This document shows positions 41,160-52,137 of a stretch of DNA of 57,324 nucleotides, piece after piece. This stretch comes from a virus. Taxonomy: Duplodnaviria > Heunggongvirae > Uroviricota > Caudoviricetes. Below the pieces are notes generated by a model. The model had not been told where the DNA came from, did no database searches, and was given only the letters and a program-made list of their open reading frames with translations. The translations under genes were made by a program, and so were the position numbers. Where the stretch lies: IMG/VR virus record IMGVR_UViG_2778261526_000005. One strand, 5' to 3'. Position 1 is the stretch's first letter; each line of letters opens with the position of its first letter.

Positions 41160-43742
41160 CTATTGTACCCAAAAGTTACGAAATATATTATGTATTTCGT
41201 TTTGAACTAATTGTGGCAGTTCTTCCATGTCAACTTTATTGTCCTTAATCCAATTAATGCATTCTTCCTCATCTAAACTATCATTAGGAATAAGCTCTGA
41301 AATCATTACAGCAGCAGTTCTTGAAAAGCCAAGCCCTATTAGTGAAATCTGAGTTTTTAAACTTACACCCAGTTCTAAATAAACACCGATATCTTCAACA
41401 TCTTTTGCTAAGTCTGTGCGATCTATCGAAAGATAAAAGCTTTTTAATAAATCATTATAACATCCTAAAAGCCTTGGAGCTTGATAGCGAGCGATCTCTT
41501 CAACATCCTTCATAACCCCTCGTATTAAAGTCGCTTCTTTGAAAACAATATTTTTCTTTTTGTTATATCTTATTCTATCCGAGATCAATCTTGCTAGGGG
41601 ATAACCTTTCATCCACTTGGAAACTAACAAGGCCTGTACGTAAGCTCCTTTTGAATTATAACCTAGCTTCTTACTCAGAGTATCACTAATTCTAGAGAAT
41701 GCGGATACATATGAATCTAACGCATCATTACTACCAGGTTCAGAAAGCAGTAATCTCTCTACAGGTTTGTTTGTATCCCGCGAAAATCTATCCCAAAGGT
41801 TTTGCATTAAAAGCGGGCTTATACCAGGATGCCGCACAACCAATTCGTGTGGAAAAGTTAAAGAATCAAAAACATCAAATATTGCTTCATTTAAAACATC
41901 GATATTTTTTATATTGTACTTTTCCATGTAAGGATTATTATCCAAGCCATTATAAAAATAAAATGATGAACATAAATAACTAAATAGACTCTGGAGATTA
42001 GGATTCCGCTCAGACATACCAAAATGATGCTCTGAAAAAATATAGGAAACCAACTTATCCATGTCATGGGAAATAGCATCCGTGGCGCGAGTTATAAATA
42101 TATTTTTTTTGGTTTTTGGAGGCTCTCCATTCCAAATTTTTTCATTGTCGCTATCGATGCAGATGACATTACCTTGGAATTCTTTTCCCCAACGACCAGC
42201 TCTGCCAGCAAGATTCCAAAAATCCTCTTCTCGCATCGGGGTTGAATTACCCTTTTTAGGGCCTCTTATAAAAATATTTTTACAAGCCATGTTTACGCCC
42301 TCAACTAAAGTTGAGGTACAAATTAAAAAATCAATCTTACCTTTACTAAACAATCGTTCAATCTCGCCCTTTATTATTAAAGGCATGTTGCCATAATGAA
42401 AAGCGACTCTCTTTTTTAGAGTGCGATTTAATGCGAAATTTTTATGTATAATTGTCTCACTAAGCTCAACGAGAGCTAAAATTTCTTCATCCTCAGTCTC
42501 ATTTTCTATACTTGCAGATATTAGCTTGGAAGTAGATTCTGCTTCAGCGGCTCCATTTACGTAAACTACGTTACCAGAAGCCCCCTTACCTAAACAAAGA
42601 GCTACAAAAGGCAATCTTTTACTTTCAGGAGATGGTGCATTTTCTAAAGAAAAGTTTCCTAACTCGCGTTTTTCACCGTTTGCAAAATAATACATCAACC
42701 AATCTTTGGTCTTGCGTGGTTTTTGTTCTACCCATATTAAATTTTGATTAACTGTAACATAGTCACTTTTTATAGTTCTTTTGTTTTTTAATATTGGAGC
42801 ATCACTGAGCAATATTTCAGGATTTAAGGTGAAAGGACTTGCAAAGATAACTTTTGAATCAGGGTTATTTAGACAAGTCAGTTCAATTACATGTTGAAGA
42901 ATAACACCTCTTCCACCATCACCGATCTTGTGTGCTTCATCAACAACTAAGACGTCTATCTTTGGAATTTGTGAGAAATGATTGTAGAATAAATTTAATC
43001 TTTCCTGTGTAAATATGAAGACATTAGATTTTTCGCTCTGGTATACATTACTCAATGGTAGTGTCTGAATATTAACTATATTTGTTAAATTAGGATCCAA
43101 ACGTTTTTGCAACTCAGAATATACTTCTGAAATCAATGCCCTTGTTGGTACGATATAAATAACTAAGCAATTCTTATTTCTTTTTACAAACTGCTCCACC
43201 CAAGATTCCAGGATAAATGATTTTCCTACAGAGGTAGGAGCAGAGACACTAACCCATGAGTTTTCTTGTACCGCATCCCAAAACTCTGATTGAAACCTAT
43301 TAGCATAAATATGCTTATCAGCATCTATTTCAATTGTATATAGAATTTTTCTTTTAGTTAGTTCTAACTGAGCCTTTAAGGGTAATCTTTCTTCGAAATC
43401 AGGGTTAAGATACCCCCTATTTTCAGCAAGTTGTATTGCTGGATTATTAGATAATGAATCAAGAATTAATGCAGCACTATCTTTTCTTGCTTCACTTTTT
43501 TCATTCAATAAGCAATACTGTGCAATCCTTAAGGCTGCATCTTGGCATTTCTCATCACTTGAGAAAGCCAAAGAACTAGCACATGTTAAAAGATAGCCGA
43601 CATCCTCAGAACTAATCTGTGGGATTACATCTGATTTTAACTCTGGAAATTGATCTTTTATCGAGTTAGCGACTAATGCCTGATATTTTCTTAAGAATCC
43701 TTGATTCTTAATCAACCACCCAGATAAATCTCGCAACGACAT
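41160..43742 (-). CDS. Superfamily II helicase, Hachiman HamB-like
   Basis: Motif I SAPTSVGKSF, motif II VVDEAHKI, motif VI-like AGRAGRWG. Confidence 0.6.
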   Translation of the reverse strand: MSLRDLSGWLIKNQGFLRKYQALVANSIKDQFPELKSDVIPQISSEDVGYLLTCASSLAFSSDEKCQDAALRIAQYCLLNEKSEARKDSAALILDSLSNNPAIQLAENRGYLNPDFEERLPLKAQLELTKRKILYTIEIDADKHIYANRFQSEFWDAVQENSWVSVSAPTSVGKSFILESWVEQFVKRNKNCLVIYIVPTRALISEVYSELQKRLDPNLTNIVNIQTLPLSNVYQSEKSNVFIFTQERLNLFYNHFSQIPKIDVLVVDEAHKIGDGGRGVILQHVIELTCLNNPDSKVIFASPFTLNPEILLSDAPILKNKRTIKSDYVTVNQNLIWVEQKPRKTKDWLMYYFANGEKRELGNFSLENAPSPESKRLPFVALCLGKGASGNVVYVNGAAEAESTSKLISASIENETEDEEILALVELSETIIHKNFALNRTLKKRVAFHYGNMPLIIKGEIERLFSKGKIDFLICTSTLVEGVNMACKNIFIRGPKKGNSTPMREEDFWNLAGRAGRWGKEFQGNVICIDSDNEKIWNGEPPKTKKNIFITRATDAISHDMDKLVSYIFSEHHFGMSERNPNLQSLFSYLCSSFYFYNGLDNNPYMEKYNIKNIDVLNEAIFDVFDSLTFPHELVVRHPGISPLLMQNLWDRFSRDTNKPVERLLLSEPGSNDALDSYVSAFSRISDTLSKKLGYNSKGAYVQALLVSKWMKGYPLARLISDRIRYNKKKNIVFKEATLIRGVMKDVEEIARYQAPRLLGCYNDLLKSFYLSIDRTDLAKDVEDIGVYLELGVSLKTQISLIGLGFSRTAAVMISELIPNDSLDEEECINWIKDNKVDMEELPQLVQNEIHNIFRNFWVQ

Positions 43743-43743
43743 T

Positions 43744-44685
43744 TCAACTCTCCAATGCTTTAATTAAACTAGCCCTAAATGCTTTTACTGAAGGAAAAGG
43801 AAGAATAAAAACATGCATAGCAAAGCGATCAAGTTTTTTATTAACTATACCACCTTGCACACTAGTTGACCATTTCCCGACTTTAGTATTAATCAAAGCA
43901 ACTAGTTCACTGATATCAATTGAACTGGGCCCTTGTGGATAATCTTTAAGATCAAACCCAACTAAGCATATTCCTCTGTATTCCAATTTATTAAAATCCG
44001 GGCTATCAGGATCTAAGAATCTTTTCAACGCTTGTTCTAGTTCTATATCATCAACATTTAAGTGCGACTCCAGCAACTGCATATCACGTGTCTCAGCGCC
44101 TTCTATTCCCATAGAACTTTGAAGTAATGGAGCTATACTATCCATACACTCAGAAATACCTTTGCTCAGATTGGAATAGAGTTTAGACTCGCCCCAGTAT
44201 AAACATAATTTTTTATTATCTTTATCTACGCCTATATGTATTCCATCTGCACCATGGTAATGCATTTGAGAACTCGTTTTCAGGCTCATTTTGCAAATAA
44301 TTTGTGGAAATCTAAGGAATTGCTCTGCAAATAAAAAAAGAATAAATTCACCGCCTTCGCCACTATTTGCAAGCCTAGTAAATAATTTTTTTGCTTGATT
44401 TGCTAATTTTGTTATTTTCGCTGTTGATTGTGTTTCATTAAAATATTGCACTGCCTCATTGATTTTTTTCCTTGGAATAGCATAATCAACTACTTTATCG
44501 TTCAAGAATTGGATTAACGCGTCTACCCGAGGACGTCCATTGCCATCAAGATTAAGGCAATGAAAATGACAAGTTGCATTTGTATTTTCAATCAATGAAT
44601 TAACTTTAACTTCACTAAAATAACTATTTAGTGTTTGACCATCATCTCTAATCAGATTTTCAAGCGCGACATGCAGTGCATCCAT
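43744..44685 (-). CDS. HamA-like protein (possible PD-(D/E)xK nuclease)
   Basis: 313 aa immediately upstream of the helicase; D...ESK-type motif (GVDKD...WGESKL). Confidence 0.45.
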   Translation of the reverse strand: MDALHVALENLIRDDGQTLNSYFSEVKVNSLIENTNATCHFHCLNLDGNGRPRVDALIQFLNDKVVDYAIPRKKINEAVQYFNETQSTAKITKLANQAKKLFTRLANSGEGGEFILFLFAEQFLRFPQIICKMSLKTSSQMHYHGADGIHIGVDKDNKKLCLYWGESKLYSNLSKGISECMDSIAPLLQSSMGIEGAETRDMQLLESHLNVDDIELEQALKRFLDPDSPDFNKLEYRGICLVGFDLKDYPQGPSSIDISELVALINTKVGKWSTSVQGGIVNKKLDRFAMHVFILPFPSVKAFRASLIKALES

Positions 44686-45110
44686 GAGTAGGTCCTTGCA
44701 TATTTTATTTTCCTCATCATTTGCAATATATACTTATTTCAATAGCTTGCAACATTTTTACTCGACAATGATACTTACACCACACTCGCTGCTTAAAATC
44801 ATTGTTATCGCTTTAACGTGATAAACGATTCTTTCAATCAGGTACTCATTGAAAGTTAAAAGTTACTTTGACCATACACAGCGTGCGCTGCCCCGCCCGC
44901 CTGCCCGCTTCACTTAACAGACTGGTTTTCATGCACCCCGTAAATCGTCTCAGAAGCCACCACACAAGGGCTTTCGCGTCAAAAATGGCGCATGAGACTC
45001 ATGCGTTTTCATGCGCTATAGATATGCACTCATACGCCTTCAGGCCAGCCAGGGAAAAGGCGTAAAAAATCCCGGTACTGGACCGGGACTACGTGGGCGT
45101 ATTTTGCTAA

Positions 45111-45383
45111 TCAGACAGGAATTAGCTGACGGCTTGACAGCTTTGACGCGGAGCCATAGCGGTTGAGAGTTTGCTGTTGTTTTTCTGGCATTTGTTCTTT
45201 GTCTGATTCCTGTTCATTGCGCCAAGGCTTCATAATTATCGTATCCACGCTTTCCAGAGCGGTAAATGTGCAGGAACATTCCAGATTCTGGCACTGATAC
45301 CATGAGCGTTTAACCGATGGAGCTTCATAGGCGCTGGTTCTGGCGTGAGCGACCGTCCCACATTCAGGACACTTCAGGGCCAT
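45111..45383 (-). CDS. ogr: Ogr/Delta-family zinc-finger late activator
   Basis: CPECG...HARTS...YQCQNLECSCTF matches Ogr pattern. Confidence 0.7.
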   Translation of the reverse strand: MALKCPECGTVAHARTSAYEAPSVKRSWYQCQNLECSCTFTALESVDTIIMKPWRNEQESDKEQMPEKQQQTLNRYGSASKLSSRQLIPV

Positions 45384-45384
45384 A

Positions 45385-45939
45385 TCAGTACCCTCCTTTT
45401 TCATTAAGTCGGTTAAGGCGGGCCAGGAAAACTTTATGTTGTGCCGGGGTGAAACTGGTTGAAGCATCAGCGTACATTGATGCATCCACCGTTAATCCGG
45501 TTTCGTCGATAATGCTCTTGTATGCTGCTGAAATTACCGGAGTACGCACTTCCGTTTGTCGGGCTACAGCGGTTCGTAATATTTTCATTGCCGCCTCAAG
45601 CCCGTATGGAGCGCAAAGAAAAGGAGCCAGTGCGTCAGTGAGTGCATCACCATGCTCGCTCATGAAGTTTTCCGTTGCGCTTGTAACACAACTCTCCAGC
45701 ACAATCTGGTGAGCATAAAGACCATCCCGTGCAGCACAGTTAATCTGCCATTCGAGGACAGCAAGACGCTCACGAAGCTCCTCAAGCTGGCTGGCATATG
45801 CTGCCGGTTTTTCTTCAGTATTCAGCAGAGCCGCCAGACGAAGCTGGTAGGTACTTTGCGTATTACGTAGTGTCAGCCAGCTTTTTATCGCCGAGCGGTA
45901 ATCGTTGAGAGCTTCCTGAGTAATGGTTCCGGCATTCAT
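45385..45939 (-). CDS. psu: Polarity suppression protein Psu
   Basis: Recalled P4 Psu segments conserved (ALAP.L, FTPAQ). Confidence 0.7.
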   Translation of the reverse strand: MNAGTITQEALNDYRSAIKSWLTLRNTQSTYQLRLAALLNTEEKPAAYASQLEELRERLAVLEWQINCAARDGLYAHQIVLESCVTSATENFMSEHGDALTDALAPFLCAPYGLEAAMKILRTAVARQTEVRTPVISAAYKSIIDETGLTVDASMYADASTSFTPAQHKVFLARLNRLNEKGGY

Positions 45940-46721
45940 TTCTTCTCGCCCCCTTTAACCATGTCACGCTGTTTAAGCATCCGTGAACGCGCTGCAGGGC
46001 TGGGGGATTGTCTGGCATCCTGGATGGCTTTATCGTCCGCATAAATGCTGATCCCCGGCAGGGTAATATCATCCTTTGAAGATACGTTACAGGACAGTGC
46101 CGGAGTGGTGAGTTGCTCGCTGATAAATTGCTTCAGCACACTTTCGGGGTCGTTTACGGTATGAACTACACCGATAACAGCAGAAGCGCTTCGGCCCAGA
46201 GTCATTTTCAACAGTCCAAGGATCTGAATAAGTTTCTGGCCGTGTTCCTTCATAAACTCATTCCAGAGCCACACTGCATGAGTTTCAATCAGGCGATTAT
46301 GTTCGCTGATGTAGTGGTTTGCAGCATCCGCAGTTTTCCAGGGCAGGAATTCATTTTCTGCCACCTGAGCTGCCAGCAAATCTTCGAACTCATCCAGTGT
46401 TTCGCGTCCGAGGGCGATTTCTGCCCGCAGTTTTTTCATGCGTGGTGTCATATTTCCCTGATTCTCACGAAACAGGTTTCGCCATTCATCATTAAGCGCC
46501 TGCGTTTCCGTTTTTGTATCTTCCTGACGTTTACGGATAGTTTCAATCATTGCAGCAGCTTCAGTTTGTTTTCGCCGTTCTTCCTGCCAGACAGCTTTTG
46601 CTGCCTTAACTTTTTCCACCGCTTCGCGAATTTTCGGCGGGAGGGAGGATGTAATGTTTGCATCAGAGATCTGGTTAACAGTAGTCATGAATGCTCCGGT
46701 AGTGTTTTGTTGTCGTGTCAA
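45936..46721 (-). CDS. Putative Sid-like capsid size determination protein (start possibly 46688)
   Basis: Coiled-coil-rich protein first in the late operon. Confidence 0.4.
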   Translation of the reverse strand: MTRQQNTTGAFMTTVNQISDANITSSLPPKIREAVEKVKAAKAVWQEERRKQTEAAAMIETIRKRQEDTKTETQALNDEWRNLFRENQGNMTPRMKKLRAEIALGRETLDEFEDLLAAQVAENEFLPWKTADAANHYISEHNRLIETHAVWLWNEFMKEHGQKLIQILGLLKMTLGRSASAVIGVVHTVNDPESVLKQFISEQLTTPALSCNVSSKDDITLPGISIYADDKAIQDARQSPSPAARSRMLKQRDMVKGGEKK

Positions 46722-46760
46722 TTGTGCCGATGCCCATACAAGCGCACTACCGAGGGGGAT

Positions 46761-46778
46761 TGTGTCAGTGACAGAACA
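46761..46778. promoter_or_regulatory. TGT-N12-ACA element (Ogr/Delta-type activator site)
   Basis: tgt-gtcagtgacaga-aca read directly. Confidence 0.45.
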
Positions 46779-47601
46779 ATGACCTTGTTCTGGCTAGCCA
46801 GAGAAATGTGTCATGTCTGATCTTCAACTTTCCTTTAATAAATACTATTCACTACTGTTCACTTTGATAAAAAAATTGATAATACAGCTAGTTAAGAGGT
46901 GAAGGGTTGACAAGGCAGTATTCAGTGACTGTTCATGAGTGTTCATCGGAAGGTAGCGTGATTTATGATTTTTTTTCATCAAAAGTGAAATTTTTATTCC
47001 GAATGATTATTTCATTATTGTTCCTCACAACTATTCACCACTCTTCAGTAGTATTCAACAGATGATGAAATAGACGATTTTTCTTTGCCGGGAAATAACA
47101 TGATTCCCCCCTTTCCCTGGTGTTGCATTTCAATCTGATTTTTATAAAACTAGAACTGCTCGGTCTTTTATGAATTTATTTGGATATATTTTTAGGTTAA
47201 GAATGCGTGGTTATTGATTTTATGCGGTTCTAATTCTTCTGAGCTTGATGCAATTCATGAGTATATCCTGAAGTTAGGTTTGCAATGTAAAGCCATATGT
47301 AGAAATTGTGCATCCCTGCTGAATGGGTTGCGGTTTCAGTACCATTAAGTTCTATGACTTATGGGGTAGTAACCCCTGGATGAAAGTTAGTTCCTATTAA
47401 TGTCCCTGTATTTATAGTTCGCAGACATAATATCTATCATGCCATTTTATGTGGTTTGATATAGTTTTAAATTCCATTAAATCAATATGTGACGCTAAAT
47501 AAATAATGGGTGCGTAAGCGAGAAATATATACATAATAAGGAACTACCTGAATCCGGGGGGATTTATCCGGACTGATGAAGGAATTAAAGAGGGTAGATA
47601 A

Positions 47602-47862
47602 ATGCATGATATTTCTGTTTCTGCGCCAGCTCCGGCTGCGCCATTATTTCCTGTGCTGAACCAGCATGAGCGATTTTTACGTCTTCCCGAGGTGATGCAT
47701 TTATGCGGCTTGTCCCGCTCAACTATATACGACCTGATAAGCCGCGATGCTTTCCCGAAGCAGATCCCGCTTGGTGGTAAAAATGTTGCCTGGGCACAGT
47801 CAGAGGTAAGCGCATGGATGGCGGATCGTATAAGTGCCCGCGGACGGGGATGTGATGCATAA
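47602..47862 (+). CDS. alpA: AlpA-family HTH regulator
   Basis: [21 protein letters not shown] resembles AlpA. Confidence 0.6.
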   Translation: MHDISVSAPAPAAPLFPVLNQHERFLRLPEVMHLCGLSRSTIYDLISRDAFPKQIPLGGKNVAWAQSEVSAWMADRISARGRGCDA

Positions 47863-48221
47863 TGATGCCTGAACGCATTAATCCCCATTTTTCTGGCTTG
47901 CATCCTGCAGTCATTTCCAGGTATAGTTTTTCCGCTGCCGCAAAATCGGCAGCCGGAATTGGCGTTCCGCGAAACTCAATGGCGACACCAGACGCGCCAA
48001 GCGTCTTTTTTTTCGTCGAAGCTCTGGCACACCCATTTTCCAGGCTGTGGTGTTTATGCGTACACCGTGGTTCTTTCGAGATAATGGCAGTCCGGGCGGG
48101 GCAGCCTTCGGGCTGGCCGGTATCCATTGAGGCCGGTTACGCCAACCCCGTTCGGGCTGCCACCAGTGAAATTGGCGTTTCCGGTGGTAGCAATAACCGC
48201 TACTCAATGGAGGCTGCCATC

Positions 48222-48413
48222 ATGGCTACAACCCTCACCCCGTTTTACCCGCAATATGTCTTTGTGCTTGCCGCAATCCGCCGTGCTGACACTCAACCCC
48301 GCATCTGTATGCTTCGCACCGTGGCCTGCGATGAGCGCTTTGCACGCCTTTCGCTGGTCCGTGATTATGTGCTCTCCCTTTCTGCACGGCTGCCTGCCGG
48401 GGAGGTGATGTGA
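48222..48413 (+). CDS. Hypothetical small protein
   Basis: GGAGG RBS; ATGA coupling to next gene. Confidence 0.3.
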   Translation: MATTLTPFYPQYVFVLAAIRRADTQPRICMLRTVACDERFARLSLVRDYVLSLSARLPAGEVM

Positions 48414-48637
48414 TGAATCACGCCGCAATTTCTTATGACGATATTGTCCGCCTCAAGCATCTTCGTAACGTGGGGGAATTTGTCACCGGAATGGCTGTTC
48501 TTCAGGACTGCTATGAAAAACCTGCAGGTGCTCAATGTGAGCAACTGGTTTCCCTGATTTATCTGATGACAGAACAGCTTGATGGCGTGGTACAGCGTTG
48601 CCAGGATGACCTGATGAACAAGGAGGTGGTGCAATGA
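48413..48637 (+). CDS. Hypothetical small protein
   Basis: GGAGG RBS; coupled chain of small ORFs. Confidence 0.4.
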   Translation: MNHAAISYDDIVRLKHLRNVGEFVTGMAVLQDCYEKPAGAQCEQLVSLIYLMTEQLDGVVQRCQDDLMNKEVVQ

Positions 48638-48957
48638 AATCACGCACTCTTCCCCTCTCACTTCGGCTGGCGTTATATCGCCGCGCGGTTGCCTGCGCCT
48701 GGCTGAGTATCTGCCATCAGCACAACCGCCACCTGCAGCTCACTCTGGATGAAATTGAAACCGCCATTGCCCGTGAGCTTGAAGGTTTTTATCTGCGACA
48801 GCACGGGCAAACAAAAGGCATGGAAATCGCCTGCGCCCTGCTTTCAGACCTGATGGAATCCGGTCCTCTAATGTCCTGCCCCGCACTCTCCCAGCTCGGA
48901 ATAGCCGTAATGGATGAGTTATGCGTCCGTCACATTATAAAGCCGGTTTTACACTGA
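48634..48957 (+). CDS. Hypothetical protein upstream of primase
   Basis: ATGA-coupled ORF. Confidence 0.4.
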   Translation: MKSRTLPLSLRLALYRRAVACAWLSICHQHNRHLQLTLDEIETAIARELEGFYLRQHGQTKGMEIACALLSDLMESGPLMSCPALSQLGIAVMDELCVRHIIKPVLH

Positions 48958-48971
48958 GGGAGAACTGCATC

Positions 48972-51305
48972 ATGTCAGGAATGAAAGTCAGTCAGGCCGT
49001 GAAGGCTGCCCGCGGTCACTGGGCGCGGATTTTGCCAGCGCTGGGTATGAACATACTGAAAAATCGCCATCAGCCTTGTCCGGTCTGCGCCGGTAAAGAT
49101 CGTTTTCGCTTCGACGATCTGGAAGGACGTGGAACATGGTTCTGCAACCAGTGCGGGGCTGGGGACGGTTTAGCGCTTGTCAGCAAGGTACTGAATGTGG
49201 ATATCAGTGAAGCAGCAGACAGGATACATGGACTGACACATAGTCTGTCTTCAGCCTCTTCTGGAGTCTGGACGTCAACCGCAGATACAGATGGCGGGAA
49301 ACAGGCGGCAGCAGCACTTGCCGCGCGACTACTGCAAGCCTCGCGTGAATCTGCCGGAAATACTTATCTTACACATAAAGGTTTCCCGGAGCATATTTGC
49401 CATGAGCTGACTTCAGGTCATAAAACCGGTGGGGTGATGTTCCACCCCGGTGATTTGATCGTCCCGCTCTATAACGCTGACGGGGAACTGGTGAATATTC
49501 AGCTTATCAGTGGCAATGGTAGCAAGTGTTTTCTTAAAGGAGGTCAGGTTAAGGAGGCCTATCATCTGATAGAAGGGGGCGGGAGTTCTGTAAGAAGGAT
49601 GTGGATTGCGGAAGGTTACGCCACGGCGCTTACCATTCGTCATCTGACAGGAGAAGCCGTCATGGTGGCATTTTCGTCGGTCAACTTTCTTTCTCTGGCC
49701 AGCGTTGCCCATAACAAGTATCCGGGATATCAGTTAATTATTGCAGCGGACCGCGATCTGAATGGTTCAGGCCAGAACAGGGCTGAAACTGCTGCAAAAG
49801 CGTGTCAGTGTGACATTGTGCTGCCACCGGTTTTTGGTGACTGGAATGATGCGCTTACCCAATACGGAGAGGAATCCACCCGGAAGGCAATTCTTGAGGC
49901 TTTGAAGCCACATAACGCCAGTCCTTTCGACACAATGAGTGAAGCAGAATTCACAGCGATGAGTGTCAGCGAAAAAGCTCAGAGGGTTCGGGAGCATTAC
50001 AGGGATGCACTGGCGGTTGATCCGAACGGGCAGCTTTTATCCCGCTACGAGTCTGGAGCGTGGAAAGTGATTTCTCAGTCAGATTTTGCCCGAGATGTCG
50101 CAGCCCTTTTCCAGCGCCTCGGTGCACCGTTTTCCTCAGGAAAAATTGCTTCACTGGTGGAAACATTAAAGTTAATTGTTCCGCAGCAGCAAAATCCGGC
50201 ACGTCATCTGATCGGTTTTCGTAATGGCGTCCTCGATACGCGAACAGGGCTGTTTAGTCCGCACTGTAAAGAGAACTGGCTGCGTACCCTGTGTGAAGTC
50301 GATTTCACGCCACCGGTAGAGGGGGAAACGCTTGAAACTCATGCCCCGGCATTCTGGCGCTGGCTGGACCGGGCTGCCGGACACAAGCCAGAAAAACGCG
50401 ACATTATTCTTGCGGCGTTATTTATGGTGCTGGCGAATCGCTATGACTGGCAGCTCTTTCTGGAAGTGACTGGCCCTGGTGGAAGTGGCAAAAGTATTCT
50501 GGCTGAAATTGCGACCATGCTTGCTGGAGAGGATAACGCCACCTCTGCGACCATTGAAACGCTGGAGTCCCCGCGAGAACGTGCGGCTCTGATAGGTTTT
50601 TCTCTTATTCGCCTGCCTGATCAGGAGAAGTGGAGCGGCGACGGCGCCGGGCTTAAGGCTATAACTGGTGGCGATGCGGTATCGGTGGACCCCAAATATC
50701 AGAATGCTTATTCAACACATATTCCGGCGGTTATCCTGGCCGTAAATAATAATCCTATGCGCTTCACTGATCGCAGTGGTGGTGTGTCCCGCAGGAGAGT
50801 TATTCTGCATTTTCCTGAGCAGATAGCACCGGAAGAACGCGATCCGCAGCTGAAAGATAAAATTGCACGAGAACTGGCTGTGATTGTTCGCCAGCTCATG
50901 CAGCGTTTCAGCGATCCGATGAGCGCCAGAACATTGCTTCAGTCGCAGCAGAATTCTGATGAGGCTCTCACCATCAAGCGTGATGCTGATCCAGCATTTG
51001 ATTTTTGTGGCTATCTTGAGGCATTACCTGACACCAACGGCATGTTTATGGGGAACGCCAATATTGTCCCACGCCAGCCACGTACCTACCTTTACCATGC
51101 CTACCTCGTATACATGGAGGCTAATGGATATAAAAACACCCTGAGTCTTACGATGTTTGGCAAAGGGTTGCCAGTCATGCTGAAGGAGTACGGGCTACAT
51201 TATGAGAAACGGCGAACTAATCAGGGAATGCAGACTAACCTCACTTTAAAAGAGGAAAGTAATGCAGACTGGCTACCCAAGTGCGATGAGCCAACAATCA
51301 AATAA
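48972..51305 (+). CDS. Primase/helicase, P4 alpha-like
   Basis: Zinc-binding CPVCAGKDRF...CNQCG, TOPRIM-like middle, Walker A GPGGSGKS. Confidence 0.8.
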   Translation: MSGMKVSQAVKAARGHWARILPALGMNILKNRHQPCPVCAGKDRFRFDDLEGRGTWFCNQCGAGDGLALVSKVLNVDISEAADRIHGLTHSLSSASSGVWTSTADTDGGKQAAAALAARLLQASRESAGNTYLTHKGFPEHICHELTSGHKTGGVMFHPGDLIVPLYNADGELVNIQLISGNGSKCFLKGGQVKEAYHLIEGGGSSVRRMWIAEGYATALTIRHLTGEAVMVAFSSVNFLSLASVAHNKYPGYQLIIAADRDLNGSGQNRAETAAKACQCDIVLPPVFGDWNDALTQYGEESTRKAILEALKPHNASPFDTMSEAEFTAMSVSEKAQRVREHYRDALAVDPNGQLLSRYESGAWKVISQSDFARDVAALFQRLGAPFSSGKIASLVETLKLIVPQQQNPARHLIGFRNGVLDTRTGLFSPHCKENWLRTLCEVDFTPPVEGETLETHAPAFWRWLDRAAGHKPEKRDIILAALFMVLANRYDWQLFLEVTGPGGSGKSILAEIATMLAGEDNATSATIETLESPRERAALIGFSLIRLPDQEKWSGDGAGLKAITGGDAVSVDPKYQNAYSTHIPAVILAVNNNPMRFTDRSGGVSRRRVILHFPEQIAPEERDPQLKDKIARELAVIVRQLMQRFSDPMSARTLLQSQQNSDEALTIKRDADPAFDFCGYLEALPDTNGMFMGNANIVPRQPRTYLYHAYLVYMEANGYKNTLSLTMFGKGLPVMLKEYGLHYEKRRTNQGMQTNLTLKEESNADWLPKCDEPTIK

Positions 51306-51315
51306 TTACAACTAA

Positions 51316-51341
51316 CCCGGCTGATGCCGGGTTTTATTTTT
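51316..51341 (+). terminator. Intrinsic terminator after primase gene
   Basis: cccggc-tgat-gccggg followed by ttttattttt. Confidence 0.6.
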
Positions 51342-51603
51342 GCTGGCACAAGAATGTAGAGTTATCTGTTCACTCTTCACCGTACAGTTAACTTCTATTT
51401 CCTTGATTTTGAATGGTAAAAATCCAAAGTGAACAGTGTGAACAATTTATTGAAAAAAGAGTTTTTTTGAATATAGAAGACCTATTTAGCGTGATTTTTT
51501 TAAAGTTCAATAAGTATTGCACCCCGCTATTGGTATACGCTTAGGTATACAAACAAAAACAACTTAAATAAATAACCAATTAAAACATAGATATAACATA
51601 CAA

Positions 51604-51627
51604 ATTCAGACTCCGCCAGCCAATCAT
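51604..51627 (+). repeat. Degenerate ssrA 3'-end-like repeat (candidate att)
   Basis: attcagactccgccagcc resembles ttcaactcccgccagc. Confidence 0.35.
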
Positions 51628-51782
51628 GATTGGACGGTATAAGGACAACACCAATAAAAACAGGAAGTTAGCAGTCTCAGCAGGACACCGACCAGACGGT
51701 GAAGAGACATAAAAGGATACGCAAAGGAGCCGCGGCTCCTGGTGACATGAAAGCCCACAGATGTGGGCTTTTTCGTTGATGG

Positions 51783-52109
51783 TCAGAACGACCAGTTCAC
51801 ACCAGCTACCCCGTTCCACGGGGATTCCACACCGGCACCATGGCTATACCCCACCCCAAGATGCCCGCTTAACGTACTGCTGAATGAGGCTTTAATACCT
51901 GCCTGGTATATTCCACGTCTGCCCGACAAATCATTGACGAAATTACCGTCACTATTCACTTTCACCCGGTTATCATCGACAAATTCTTTGCGCACAGCCG
52001 CCTTCAGCCACGGCTCAACTTCCATACCGTTCCCCAGACGCATGTTGTAACTCAGCGTTGCACCCAGTTCACGATATAAACTGCGGGTATCGACTGATTT
52101 CGATTCCAT
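51783..52109 (-). pseudogene. C-terminal fragment of autotransporter beta-barrel
   Basis: Ends in aromatic C-terminus ...GVNWSF; too short for a complete barrel. Confidence 0.45.
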
Positions 52110-52137
52110 GCCATTGGATAAATGATATTCAGGGTTA

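Noticed and set aside
47862-48221. Long 183-aa track ORF after alpA
   Set aside because: N-terminal two-thirds is low-complexity without RBS; only the C-terminal 63 codons (48222..48413) look like a coupled gene.
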